This document shows, one piece after another, positions 12,460-23,600 of a stretch of DNA of 31,619 nucleotides. Each line of letters opens with the position of its first letter. Position 1 is the stretch's first letter. The stretch comes from Cystobasidiomycetes sp. EMM_F5. Its lineage: Eukaryota. The position numbers were made by a program, and so were the translations under genes. The stretch lies in assembly GCA_051047955.1 (NCBI GenBank), contig JBPGPT010000009.1, forward strand, positions 558,001-589,619, given 5' to 3'. The notes beneath the pieces were generated by a model that was given only the letters and a program-made list of their open reading frames with translations, did not search any database and was not told where the DNA came from.

Positions 12460-15400
12460 ATGCCAGCGACGCGTTTCCTGCTGTCTAGGGCTGCGCAATC
12501 TGTCCGACACACCGTAGCATCGCAGTCTACGCCATTCTGCCCGCCAGTCCAGCCCATTTGCACCAACGCACACCGTCTTCGAGCGTCATTGCTGCGACAC
12601 CAGAGCACAATGTCGAGTCAGGCCGATACTGCGCCTGAACAGACGCAGACTGGGCTGCACCCGGTCTCGTCAATAGCGAAACCTGCAGAAGTCCTGCCGC
12701 AGGATAGCCTCATCAATGGGTCTGCAGCAAAGGACGCTGCGCAAAAAGTTGCAAAGCCCAAGCAGGCCAAAGGGCAGCAGGCAGCAGGGTCGAGCAAGAA
12801 GAACGCAGTCGACGATTTAGCACGGAATATGTCCCAAATGGAGGTGATTATGCCTTTGCTCGCATCCCCCGACTTGTATATTGATTGAATCATCTTTGCC
12901 AACAACAGCTGTCACCTGCGCCCGAATTTATCAAGGAGCGGCTAGAACTATTCGACAGGCTGAAAGCAGAGTATGATGCAAGGATCGCGCGTAGGTGAAC
13001 GTTTATCGTTAGTATCGCTTCGGCTTGACCCACACTTTCAATACATGATGCTGCAGAAAAGGAACGACAACCCATACAAATCACGCTACCAGACGGCAGC
13101 ACACGAGAAGGAACATCATGGGAAACTTCGCCAATGATAATTGCAGTAGCTATCAGCAAAAGTCTCGCTGAAAAGACAGTGATAGCGAAAGTGAGTGCTA
13201 GGGAGCGCAAGATCACCTACACCATATTGATAATCCACTCTTGTGCTCAGGTTGATGGAGAGTTGTGGGATCTGGAGCGGCCGCTTGAGAAGTCGTGCAA
13301 GCTTCAACTACTGGATTTCGAATCTGAAGAGGGTATGGCACTCGTGTAAAGCACAAGACAACCCAGGTACTGATGGGCTTCCTTAGGGCGAATGGTATAT
13401 TGGCACTCTGCTGCGCACATCTTAGGAGAAGCTTGCGAGAGACATTACGGCTGCCACCTTGAGCACGGGCCTCCTACGGAAGGTGGTTTCTTTTACGACA
13501 TGGCTCTACCGGAAATGAAGTGAGCTAGCCTCGAAGTGACAGCTGTACACATCTTACCTACAGATCTTGCAGGAGCGTCCTTCCCGGCGACTTTAAGCCG
13601 CTTGAATCGGTTGCGACGGCAATCACCAAAGAGAAGCAAAAGTTTGAGCGGCTTGAGATGAGCAAGGAGGATCTGCTCAAAATGTTTGCGTACAACAAGT
13701 ACAAGCAGGTCTTCATCAACATGAAGGTTCCCGACGGCACGTCCACCACTGTGTACCGTTGTGGTCCGCTTATCGATCTGTGTAGAGGACCGCACATCCC
13801 GCATACTGGCAGAGTCAAGAGTTTTGCAGTGCTGAAAGCTTCCTCATGTTACTTTTTGAGTGACAACAAGAATGACTCGCTGCAACGAATATACGGCATA
13901 GCTTTCCCCGATTCAAAGCAAATGACAGAGCACAAACAATTTCTGGAAGATGCCAAGAAGCGAGATCATCGCCGAATTGGTATTGATCAAGAACTATTCT
14001 TCTTCCACGAACTGAGTCCGGGCAGTTGCTTTTGGCTGCCGCATGGTACTCGCATCTACAATGCTATCGCTGACCTGATTCGTGTAAGTCATGATGAACC
14101 AACAACGCGTACAGCAGCTCACAAAGTATACATAGGGCGAATATAGGAAACGTGGCTTCTCTGAGGTCATCACACCAAACATGTTCAATTCCGAATTATG
14201 GAAAACTTCAGGCCATTGGCAACAGTATGTCACTTCGTTGAAGATGCCAGTATTTGGCCTTCGCTTATGCAGCATCCTCCAGCTACTCCGATGACATGTT
14301 TGTGCTCGATGTTGAGAAGGAAAAGTTTGCGCTCAAGGTATGTACATATCCGAGGCCAATCAAGGCAATCTGTCTGACTGGCCCACAATAGCCCATGAAC
14401 TGTCCTGGACATTGCGTGATCTTCGGATCACGGGATCGCAGTTACCGTGAATTACCATTACGGATGGCCGATTTCGGTGTCCTCCACCGTAATGAGGCTA
14501 GTGGAGCACTTACGGGATTGAGTCGGGTCCGACGCTTCCAACAAGATGACGCGCATGTATTCTGCACAATGGATCAGGCAAGCAAGTTTCTACAGAGGGA
14601 GTATTAGGTCACTAACACTGGTCTGAGCAGATCGAGGACGAGGTCACAAAGTGCTTCGATTTCCTCAACCATGTCTATGGTCTCTTCGGATTCGAGTTCC
14701 AGTTGAAGCTGTCCACGCGTCCCGAAGGCAGTCTTGGAAGTGACGAGATGTGGGAAAAGGCAGAATCAGTATGTCTGCATGAAGTTTATGATGATTCAGC
14801 GTCTGCTAACCGTCGTTGCAGATGTTAGAGGCAGCGCTGAACAAGTTCGTTCCGGGGAAGTGGACTTTGAATGAAGGCGACGGGGCATTCTACGGGCCGA
14901 GTCAGTCGGGCTTTTCGCCAGAGTGCGAATGTGCTGACTATCTTCGCAGAGATCGATATCAGCATCCAAGACGCCCTGAAGCGGAAAATGCAGACAGCTA
15001 CTATCCAGCTTGACTTCAACCTGCCTATACAATTTAAATTAGCCTACAGATCGAACGAGGTTGGAAGTGAGGGTACAGATGAGCGTGTGCGCCCTGTCAT
15101 GATCCATCGCGCGGTTATCGGCAGTTTCGAAAGATTTATGGCCCTTATCACGGAGCATTTCGGTGGAAAATGGTAGATAGGAGCCGACTGTCTGAAACTA
15201 TTTGTGGTCTACCTGCTGAATCCTCAATTATCATGCAGGCCGTTCTGGATATCCCCAAGACAAGCCATAGTTGTACCAGTCGCGGCTCCGCATAAAGCGT
15301 ATGCCCAGGAGGTCATGCAGCTACTCTGGGACGCTGGTATATACTCTGAAGTCGATCTGTCAGATCAGACCTTGAACAAAAAGATCGTGAGTCCTCGCAA

Positions 15401-15683
15401 CAGGCCGAGGTCGGCATTTTGCTTACGTCTTCACAGCGAAACGCGGAAGTTAGTCAAAACAACTTCATTCTTAGTACGTCAAGCTTGACAGCGAGTGGAG
15501 GTCGTGCTAACCTGTAGCGTGTGTATAGCTGTGGGCAGTGAAGAAATGAACAACCGCTCAGTCAACGTCCGGAATCGGGACGATATCGGCAGCAAAACGC
15601 GGGCTGAGACCCTACCTTTGGAGGAAGTCATCGCAAAGATGCTGGCCCTCAAGAACAGTCGGAGACTAGAGAACAAGCTTTGA
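12460..15683 (+). CDS. THS1: Threonyl-tRNA synthetase (cytosolic type with TGS and editing domains), about 15 exons; N-terminal extension resembles a mitochondrial presequence
   Basis: TGS domain (ITLPDG...[13 protein letters not shown]), [107 protein letters not shown]; stop TGA at 15681-15683. Second in-frame ATG at 12610. Confidence 0.98.
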
Positions 15684-15750
15684 TTAGGTGTCCGTCGTAA
15701 CAGTGATGTGAACTAATGGTGGCGCTGCGTTTGGTCCTGCAGCATCCGAC

Positions 15751-15793
15751 CTCGGACACGATGACCGTGAATGTTAACATGGTCACTTCCGAG
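15751..15793 (+). other. Imperfect inverted repeat / predicted hairpin about 70 nt downstream of the ThrRS stop
   Basis: CTCGGA(15751-56) pairs with TCCGAG(15788-93). TGACCGTG(15762-69) pairs with CATGGTCA(15778-85) with one G-U pair. The loop is AATGTTAA, and a perfect palindrome ATGTTAACAT spans 15771-15780. Confidence 0.55.
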
Positions 15794-15996
15794 TGATCCT
15801 CAATGCATGCCGGTTCGACTGATAATGCTCAATGGCTGAAGTAATAACACCTTGTGAAACCTTATCGACACTTCCTACCGCCCTGACGTTGTGGCTATGC
15901 GAAGTTCTGTATCGTCGCGGCGGGACACATTCCCAACGAACAAATCGCATATCACTAAAGGGGAATTGTGACTACCAGCTCTACTTTGTCCGAAAC

Positions 15997-17473
15997 ATGG
16001 CTTCCGGAAATACTCCCGTATTCAATGTACCGCTCACCGTGGCTCCACACCTTGTTGCAGGTGAGCGTCTTTGGGTACGACATCCATTCGTCGTGTTCTG
16101 AACTTGCCGACTACACCCAGCGCCGACTGCGGTCAGTATTTCTCATATTCAATAGGTCGGATCTGTGCATTGAAAGTAACGCGTAACATGGTCTATCTCT
16201 CAGGCCTTCGATGGATTGAATGAACTCAAGTCAACAAGACCGGGCGCCTTTTATGAGTGTAGGCTGAAGCAGCCCGAACTACGACCAGAGGCTGACTTCC
16301 AGAAATCAGTCGATGCAAAAAGAGGGTTCAGAGTGGTAGGCTTGCTCGCATTGGCATCCACTGTGGCTGGGATCACAGCCGAGGTGGGTCCGGACAGCAC
16401 CTTACCGTATACACGAAGCACAGTTCATGGCAGAGTGTGATTGTTACAGGTTGCCTCGCTGCTGGCGTACGTCCCGACTGTCCAGCGTAACCGCTGACTT
16501 GGCTGAGGCCCATGTGCTGCATGCGGTACAGGATGTCCGCCGGTACTGATATTGCCCACGAAGTGGAATGGCCCATCACGAGTGGCGCATTTTCGTGGAG
16601 CTCTTGCGAAAGCCTTCCTTCCTGCGACGCACCTGCGACCACTTACGGACCCTATTTATCCTACATCTACCACTGCAGCAACATAGTCGTACTCATGTGT
16701 ATGACCATATTCCAAGCCAAATTCACTGCTAGGCCCAAGGTAAGACTCGTCGGACTGGCTGTGCTACTCCTTGCGACTCATTGGGTCTCAGGCGACATAC
16801 TTCATATCTGTCAACGGCCTGATCGAAGGATGGCTTGGGCTCGGTAAGTCGCTATTTATTTTGACGTTGTATCTCCCCGCCTTTCCCGCTGACAAGAAGT
16901 CAGGGTTGTGGTCCCGATGGTGAGACGCAAGTACATCAGTGTGAACCCCTATTGACTATACGAGACTGGAAGGGTCAGCACTTTTCAGGGTCAGTCCAGA
17001 ACATAGTTCTCGATAATTGTGCATGTAGGCTCAACGTCTTTCAGTGACCGTCGGAGCTGCCATGTTGATAGGCAAGTTGCTACGCTGGGTTTCTCGCCAG
17101 TCTCATAGCTGAGTACTCCCATAGTTGGCAGCGTCTTGTTCACGACAGGTCAGTGGGCCACCCTCAGCGAGAAGCCCAAGCCAACTTGGCATATGCATTT
17201 TCACCTACGATAGGATTCACATGGTTCTGGCGATATGTCGCCGTGGAGTTTGGGTACCGGGACACCATTGAGGACGAAGACGTCTTCAAGAAAGCGGGAA
17301 CGCAGCAGGTGTCCGGGAAGAGGACGAAAGAAAGCAAGGGAGAGGAGGACCGCCGATTGGCTTTGGATTATACGAATCGTATGGCCGGATGTGAGTACTG
17401 ATTACTCTTATACTCGACTTCCCTGACCTCCGTCTTGCTAGATGCTTTGCCGCAGCGCAAATTTGGCAGCTGA
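15997..17473 (+). CDS. Uncharacterised four-TM membrane protein, paralog A (13 exons, 257 aa by my splicing)
   Basis: Exons 15997-16060, 16121-16131, 16204-16258, 16310-16383, 16450-16466, 16532-16739, 16792-16843, 16904-16919, 16973-16989, 17045-17071, 17125-17148, 17214-17390, 17442-17473 join into one open frame (774 nt) that aligns along its length with paralog B. Confidence 0.88.
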
Positions 17474-17768
17474 CGGAATTTGTAATGTTGCAAAGGCCTG
17501 ATTAGCATTGTGTCCGGTTTGCGCACGTATTCGCGTCACGTCGATGTGCGCATACATTGATGTTCCTTCACGGTCGATTTACCCGCGCATGCACAGTATG
17601 GCTAACGGAATTCCGCAAATTCCGTCCTGCACTGACGCATCACACCGCCGCGACAAGCCGAGCAAACGAGTCCAGCGCAATACTCTCAGTGCTTTGCCTT
17701 GGGCTTCCCGGAGTCACCATCCTGCTTTTGAGTTTGGATCGCTACTTAACCGTCAGTGTCTGGACAAT

Positions 17769-19347
17769 ATGTCGGGTCCCGATTTCAATGTTCCAACGTT
17801 CAACGTTCCGATAACCGCAGCACCGCACGTCATCGCTGGTGAGTCTACAGAAAACGTCCATCAACGCAGCATAATGACTTGAACGGCTGCAGCACCTACC
17901 GCTGTCGGTTTTCTGAGACTGAGTGGCCGTCTGACAACCTGACATTGTGCTGGGTCGACTGACTCCTGCAGACGTTTCAAAATCTCGATGCACTCAAATC
18001 AACAAGACCTGGAGCATACTACGAGTGTGAGTGATGGATGCTCTGTTCGAAGCGGTATTTAGCCTGATGAGCTCGAATGCTGGCATCATGCAGTCGATGC
18101 CAAGCGAGGCTTTAGAATACTAGGCTTCATCGCACTGCTGGTCACAATTGGCGGTATTGCTGCTGAGGTAAGCTTTTGCTGAAATCACTACAATAAATAC
18201 TGTTTTCCGAAGCTGACCGAGTCGGCTATTGCATCGAATTTAGGTGGCTTCTATCCTTGCGTATGAGCTCTTACTTTCTGCCTTTTGAGCTGCAAACTTA
18301 CCAACCCTTACGATATTGCAGCACTTCCGCCGGCATGGATGAAGCTCGCGAGGCCGACTGGCCAATCACGAGTGGCGCCTTCGTCTGGCATGGATGCGAA
18401 AGTCTGCCCGACAGCGATGCTCCAGCGACACCATACGGAGGCTATTTATCCTACTTCTACCACTGCACAAACATCGTGGTCCTTATGTGCATGGTCATGT
18501 TTCAGGCGAAATTTACAGCCCGGCCAAAGGTGATCAGGCGATTTGATGCAAACGTATTCAACGGTCACGTCACTCAATATATTGTTTCTATAACGCTGCG
18601 CGTACGCTGAAAGGCGACGTACTTCATTTCGGTAAATGGCTTCATCGAGGCGTGGCTTGGGCTTGGTGAGTCGGACGCTTTGGCTTCCCGAGCGGGGCTG
18701 ACTGCAGTCTGGCAGGGCTGTGGTCTCGTTGGTAAGCTAGATATGTACTTTCTACATTAGCCCTGCAGACATTAAAGACGCTTGCAATACTGGTAGGGTC
18801 GGAACCTTCCAAGGTGTGCAACATCATGGCTTGCTGTTAGGCACAAGCCACTGACGCTGTCTGCAGTCGCAATGGGTGCTGCTATGCTTGTCATCGGTAA
18901 GCTTGCGTATGGGTCCTACGTCCAGTATCAACGAAGCGCATGAAATGCTTAATATGCTCTGAATCGCTCAGGCTTTGCATTGATGGCATCAGGTCTGCCC
19001 CAACAATGCTTCTTTTGTCGCGAATGGTGGTTGATGGAAACTGAATGTGCAGGGTTCACCTGGTTCTGGCGCACTCTCGCTACGGAATATGGTTTTACTG
19101 TCAAAGACGACATTTTCAAGGCGCAGCAAGATGCCCAGACAGCTGCCGCTGCTCAACAACAGGCGGCACCAAGCGCATCCCAAAACATCGCCCAGCAGGC
19201 CCAGGACGTTCGCGCCAAAATGCTCGGATGTATGTGCAGCTACGCAAAGGCTATTCATCCATTGACAAGGGTTGACTGACGCGTGCTCCCCTTTCGCCTC
19301 GCTCAATTGCAGATGCATTGCCAAAGCGCAAGTTTGGAGCTGCGTAG
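17769..19347 (+). CDS. Uncharacterised four-TM membrane protein, paralog B (13 exons, 260 aa by my splicing)
   Basis: Exons 17769-17838, 17893-17903, 17972-18026, 18094-18167, 18244-18260, 18322-18529, 18614-18665, 18716-18731, 18797-18813, 18867-18896, 18972-18992, 19053-19229, 19313-19347 give one frame (783 nt). Internal exon lengths equal those of paralog A except exons 10 and 11. Confidence 0.88.
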
Positions 19348-19508
19348 GGAGGGCACGAAGCACGCGTTCTTTGCGGCGGCGGTGAAAGTCAAACTCGGAG
19401 ACGAAGACACGGTTGTAATGTCATCAAGTATGCATACCATCGTATTCTGCAATATAGATATTCTCTACTGGGAGAGACAAGAATGCCTTTATTTCAGTAC
19501 ACTTCCGC

Positions 19509-20861
19509 TCACGACAAGTGCTTCTGGAGGAACTTGATTGCAGCCTCTGTTGCATTCTGTGGAGTACACGCGTCATCAGTCAGTCGTCCGATGGTACATT
19601 TATTCCGTGATTTTCCCCACATACCTCCTTTTGCTGTTTTTCAAGCGCTACATTCTGATCACCTCTGACCGTGACTACGCGACAGGAAGACGGCAAGATG
19701 GGTCAACTGAATGTCCCGAGATTGCGACAGGTCGTCACTTACAGCCGTGTACTGCACCAGGGAACAGGGAGACTTCTGCGTCCGGCTTGTCCTTGAATGC
19801 ATCTCTTGCTTGTTGGATCTGGTCAACGGAAAGCATTGCGTCCTTCGCATCCCACAAAGTAAGCGAGACATTCGTTCGCAGAGTCAGTCGCTGCTCGGTC
19901 TCGATCGACACTTTGGGATCATGACACACCTTGTCGCCGATCTGCACCAAAACAGGCTTGTTGACCGCCTTGAATTCATCTGGAACAGACACGAAGGAAG
20001 GGTGGTTGGCTACGCCTGCGTCTAGGGAGGGATATCCCTCTGCATCCGAGCACAGCAAGAGGGTGTATCGACCGCCCCAGCAGAAGCCGACCTGTACCAC
20101 AGAGAGGAGGTAAGTGTGCATGTCAGGTCGATTGATCCATGTCATGCCACGTGTGATGCCAATAATGCGCACCGAAGCAATCTTGCCGACCCCGCTTTGA
20201 GCCTTGATTGCCTCTACAAACTTTACGAGGATTGGCTTGGATACGGCTGTCACCATACAAGGGAGGATGTGCAGGAAGGGAAGACATTTTGGTGTGTAGT
20301 CAGAACGGCACGTTCGCCTCGTCATGACTTCACGCCACTCTACCTTCACGATGCTTTGCGACCCATGGTCCTAGTGACGCTGCCACCTTTGCTTTTTCGA
20401 TACCCGCCTCGACGAGGGATGGCTCTGGGTCTGACTGCTGCGGTATGATGGATTTCAGGAGAGTGTGGGGGACATAGTCGCCTGTTGTGTCATTCGTCAG
20501 TAGGACTGCTGAGGATGGGGCGAACACCGTCGACTTGCCCTCGAACAAGTCCGGGATCACTACGTGAAAGCCATTCTTTGCGTACTCGTCTGCGAGGATG
20601 CGCACGTTTGGGAGCTCATACCCAAAAATGTCGGCGATGAAGATGACGATCTTTGCTTTGCTGTTGTCGGATGATTTAGCGACGTAGGCTGTGGATAGAC
20701 AAGGTCGCTTTGTTGGTATATATATATTAATGGTCGCACAGTCCAAAGAGTATGCACTCACTCTGGCAGCCGCCAATCTCCTCGACAGTTCCGGTAGGGG
20801 TGCCGTCGTGGATGGATCCCGACACGCAGCAGGCGGAGAGTTGTTGGGTGTTGGATGACAT
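19509..20861 (-). CDS. Dienelactone hydrolase family (alpha/beta hydrolase), multi-exon
   Basis: MSSNTQQLSACCVSGSIHDGTPTG; IFIADIFGYELPNVRILADEYAKNGFHVVIPDLF; nucleophile motif VGFCWGG; ANHPS; GDKD; FPGAVHGFTVRGD; last exon NATEAAIKFLQKHLS*. Confidence 0.93.
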
Positions 20862-21423
20862 GTTGTGTTGGGGTGTCAGTAGTGCTTTGTGTAGAAGTCA
20901 GAGGAGCACATCTTGGGTTTCCTTCTCTCCTCTTTCTCCCCTCTCTCCTCCTGCCGCGGGTCATGACGCAGTGGGTCTCGGAGACAATCAATGCAAACAG
21001 CTCAGACATACAACACACAGCACGTCGATCTGCATTAGAACGAATACATTCATTCAAGTCATGTCACAACAATGCCCCCAAATTCCACCCTACTCCCATT
21101 CCATGTACTCCTCATTGATATTCTCGCTCACTCCCCTTCAAACGGTACATACTGAAACTCTCCAACGACTTTGGGTGTCGCTGATGTTCGCACTCCGTTG
21201 GACAGTGCGCACAAACACTCTATGCGTGCTCTAGCGGAGATGGAAGGCTTCCGAGTCGGAGAGAGGGTCTGACAAACTGAAAAGATGGCTAACGATGGGC
21301 CAATCTGCAATCAAAGGGCTGGTGCGCCAAAGCGGAGCACAGAGGGGGACTGAGCATCTGCGACTGACCGGGCTGTGCGCCTTGTTTCCGTGCACACACG
21401 GCGAGTGACCCCGTCCACTCGCC

Positions 21424-23271
21424 ATGTACTCGGACAAGCCAGGCAAGCATCTCACCCTCGCCATCGACGACTTGAATGGCACATCCCGCTCAATCAGCGC
21501 GTCTCCCAATCCACCCTCCCCGTCCACCTACATGATGGGGAGCGCAGACACGTTTGGCATGATGACCGCCGGCGGGCTCGGTGGGATGGGGAGTATGGGA
21601 AGCGCAATGAGCGGTCTCGCCGGGCTGGGATCTGGCGGTGGAAATGGGTCATCCGGCGAAGGCGACGATGACCAGATGGAGTCGCACTTTGGCAGGGCAG
21701 ACAGAAAGAGTAAAAAGTCCAACAGAAAGGCTGCTCCGAGGACGTCGAGAGCGTGTCGTGGGTCACACAAGTCTCCGGGCGTGATTGTTTGGTGGCAAAC
21801 TGACTCAAATGTATGCTACTCCGGCAGTCGCTTGTCGCAGGCAAAAGATGAGATGCGAAGGCGCAGACGACCCTCCGTGCAGGAGATGCGTATCGAATGG
21901 TGGGCGATGCACACTGTGATTCCTTACCGAGTACTCACTTCTCCGCCCGAAATGATCTGCAGGGGTCGACTGTATGTTTGAGCGGCGAAGTGATTATCTA
22001 CTCAAGCGAGTGCATGCATGTTCTCCTATGGCTGCATTAATACTAACGCACACTTACAGCCCCGAAGACCGCGCATGGCAAAACGGCGTCGAGAAGCGAC
22101 TAGAGCATCTCGGGCGTGCTATTGATCAGATACTCGCTCACTTAGGTGCTGGCGGAAACACCGCTACCCAGGCAGGTATCAACGGAGATGCCTCCAACTC
22201 TGCCAATTTCTGGCTCAACAATGCCAGCGGTGTCGATAACGGAGCGGGTGGTGCTTCGTCTGCTCTTTCGGGCTTACCTCCCCCTCACACAGCCGCAGCT
22301 GCATTTGGGGAAGTTCCTTCCACTGCTGCCTTTTACGATCACCATCACCAGCAGTTTCATCAAAATCGCCATCATCACGATGGTCCATCTGGCATCATGC
22401 CAAATACTGCCCCAGCGGGTATTATAAACCCAAATATACTGCCGGGCTCGAGTACAGAACTACATAATCAGGCAACCGGTCTGGAAGCGGAAGCGGGTGG
22501 CTTGGACGCCGGAACGCAGTCTGGAAACGTAGGCATTGGAGCAGGTGGTGCAACCTACATCATCCCTACTGCCGCAGAAACAGCAGCAATCGCAGCTCGT
22601 GGCAAGTACAAGCGACCAAGAGGAGCAACAGTACCGGGGTCAGTCTCAATAGGTCTATCCTTTGTCGCCATATATGCTTTTGCTGACATTTCTGGCCCCG
22701 TATCCGTCTGGTCCCGCTTATGATTTGCAGCAACTTGCCGTCAGCTGGCTTCACACCTACCACAGGTATAGAAGCCGCCTTCCACCTCTTCTCACCTCGT
22801 ACAGCCGCCATGGGTGCGTCAGACATGGACCAGTTACCGAACGGGGGTTCCTACTCGTTCCCTGGCTCGCTCGAGTCTGGCACTGGCATGCACGGTGACA
22901 TGGGCGTATCGTCCAGCAACGCCAGCGACATGGCACACCAACATTACGGCATGGACATGTATACCACGACCGCCAAGAATGGTCGACCGGGCGATGATCT
23001 AGCTACTCAACGTTACAACCATCAGCACCATCTCCCGCTTACCGCTGCTGACGGTACACAGATGCAGCAGCAGCAGCAGGATGGCGTACCCCGCTCATTA
23101 GGCTCGCCAATGGTCAGGTTCGCAAACATGGATAATCACCATGCTCGCCAGCACTATCAGCCAGGCAATCACCATATGGACCAGTCTGCGCTCCTGCATG
23201 CTCCGATGAATGCAATGAACGCCGACGGATCTGTCTACTCTCATTCCCCTACTCCAGAACCGCTTGCGTGA
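21424..23271 (+). CDS. Zn(II)2Cys6 (Gal4-type) transcription factor, 5 exons, about 522 aa, mostly low-complexity outside the DNA-binding domain
   Basis: Spliced RTSRACLACRRQKMRCEGADDPPCRRCVSNGVDCMFE contains all six Cys, followed by a coiled coil (VEKRLEHLGRAIDQILAHL) and G/H/Q/M-rich tracts. Introns 21758-21827, 21900-21962, 22006-22059 (GC-AG) and 22639-22730. The 3' end is slightly uncertain. Confidence 0.88.
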
Positions 23272-23600
23272 GAGGCGCTGTACGTCCCATGTTCATTCTT
23301 GCGACTTCGTTGCGGCTTCATAAGTTTTCGCAGTGCCAACTCGCTGAACATTTCACCTCATCCTCTGAACATGTTTTGCCATGTTTTGATGCGGAGCCCT
23401 CGAGCGGCTGGAGCAATGTGTCACGTCGTATACCATAGGCCCTCATCGTGTCTTCAAAGTATTGCCCCTTCAGTATAATCTGGTCATCACCTTCCGTAAG
23501 ATAGTCTCCAGTCTGTAGAGGTTGCCCGAGCTTGTCTAGCAGATTCCATATACACAATGCAGCTACATATACGCTCCCCTCCATGTCTGACTCTCGACCT

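Noticed and set aside
15672..15683. ThrRS C-terminus -NKL as a PTS1
   Set aside because: A weak variant that sits within an ordinary ThrRS C-terminal helix; there is no independent support.
15805..15825. GGTTCGACT resembling a tRNA T-loop/B-box
   Set aside because: No T-stem, acceptor stem or D-arm can be formed, so it is not a tRNA gene.
15700..15840. Possible C/D snoRNA or SECIS element (GTGATGT...CTGA; ATGA...AA hairpin)
   Set aside because: Box C is imperfect with no terminal stem or recognisable guide; the helix is too short for a SECIS and lacks the GA quartet; no gene here needs an in-frame TGA.
20716..20730. (TA)n run
   Set aside because: Short intronic microsatellite in the dienelactone hydrolase gene, of no evident significance.
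23318..23584. 88-aa minus-strand ORF just after the cytochrome-b5-like gene
   Set aside because: Starts 17 nt after the stop, inside TA-rich 3'UTR-like sequence, with no promoter space and no motif.
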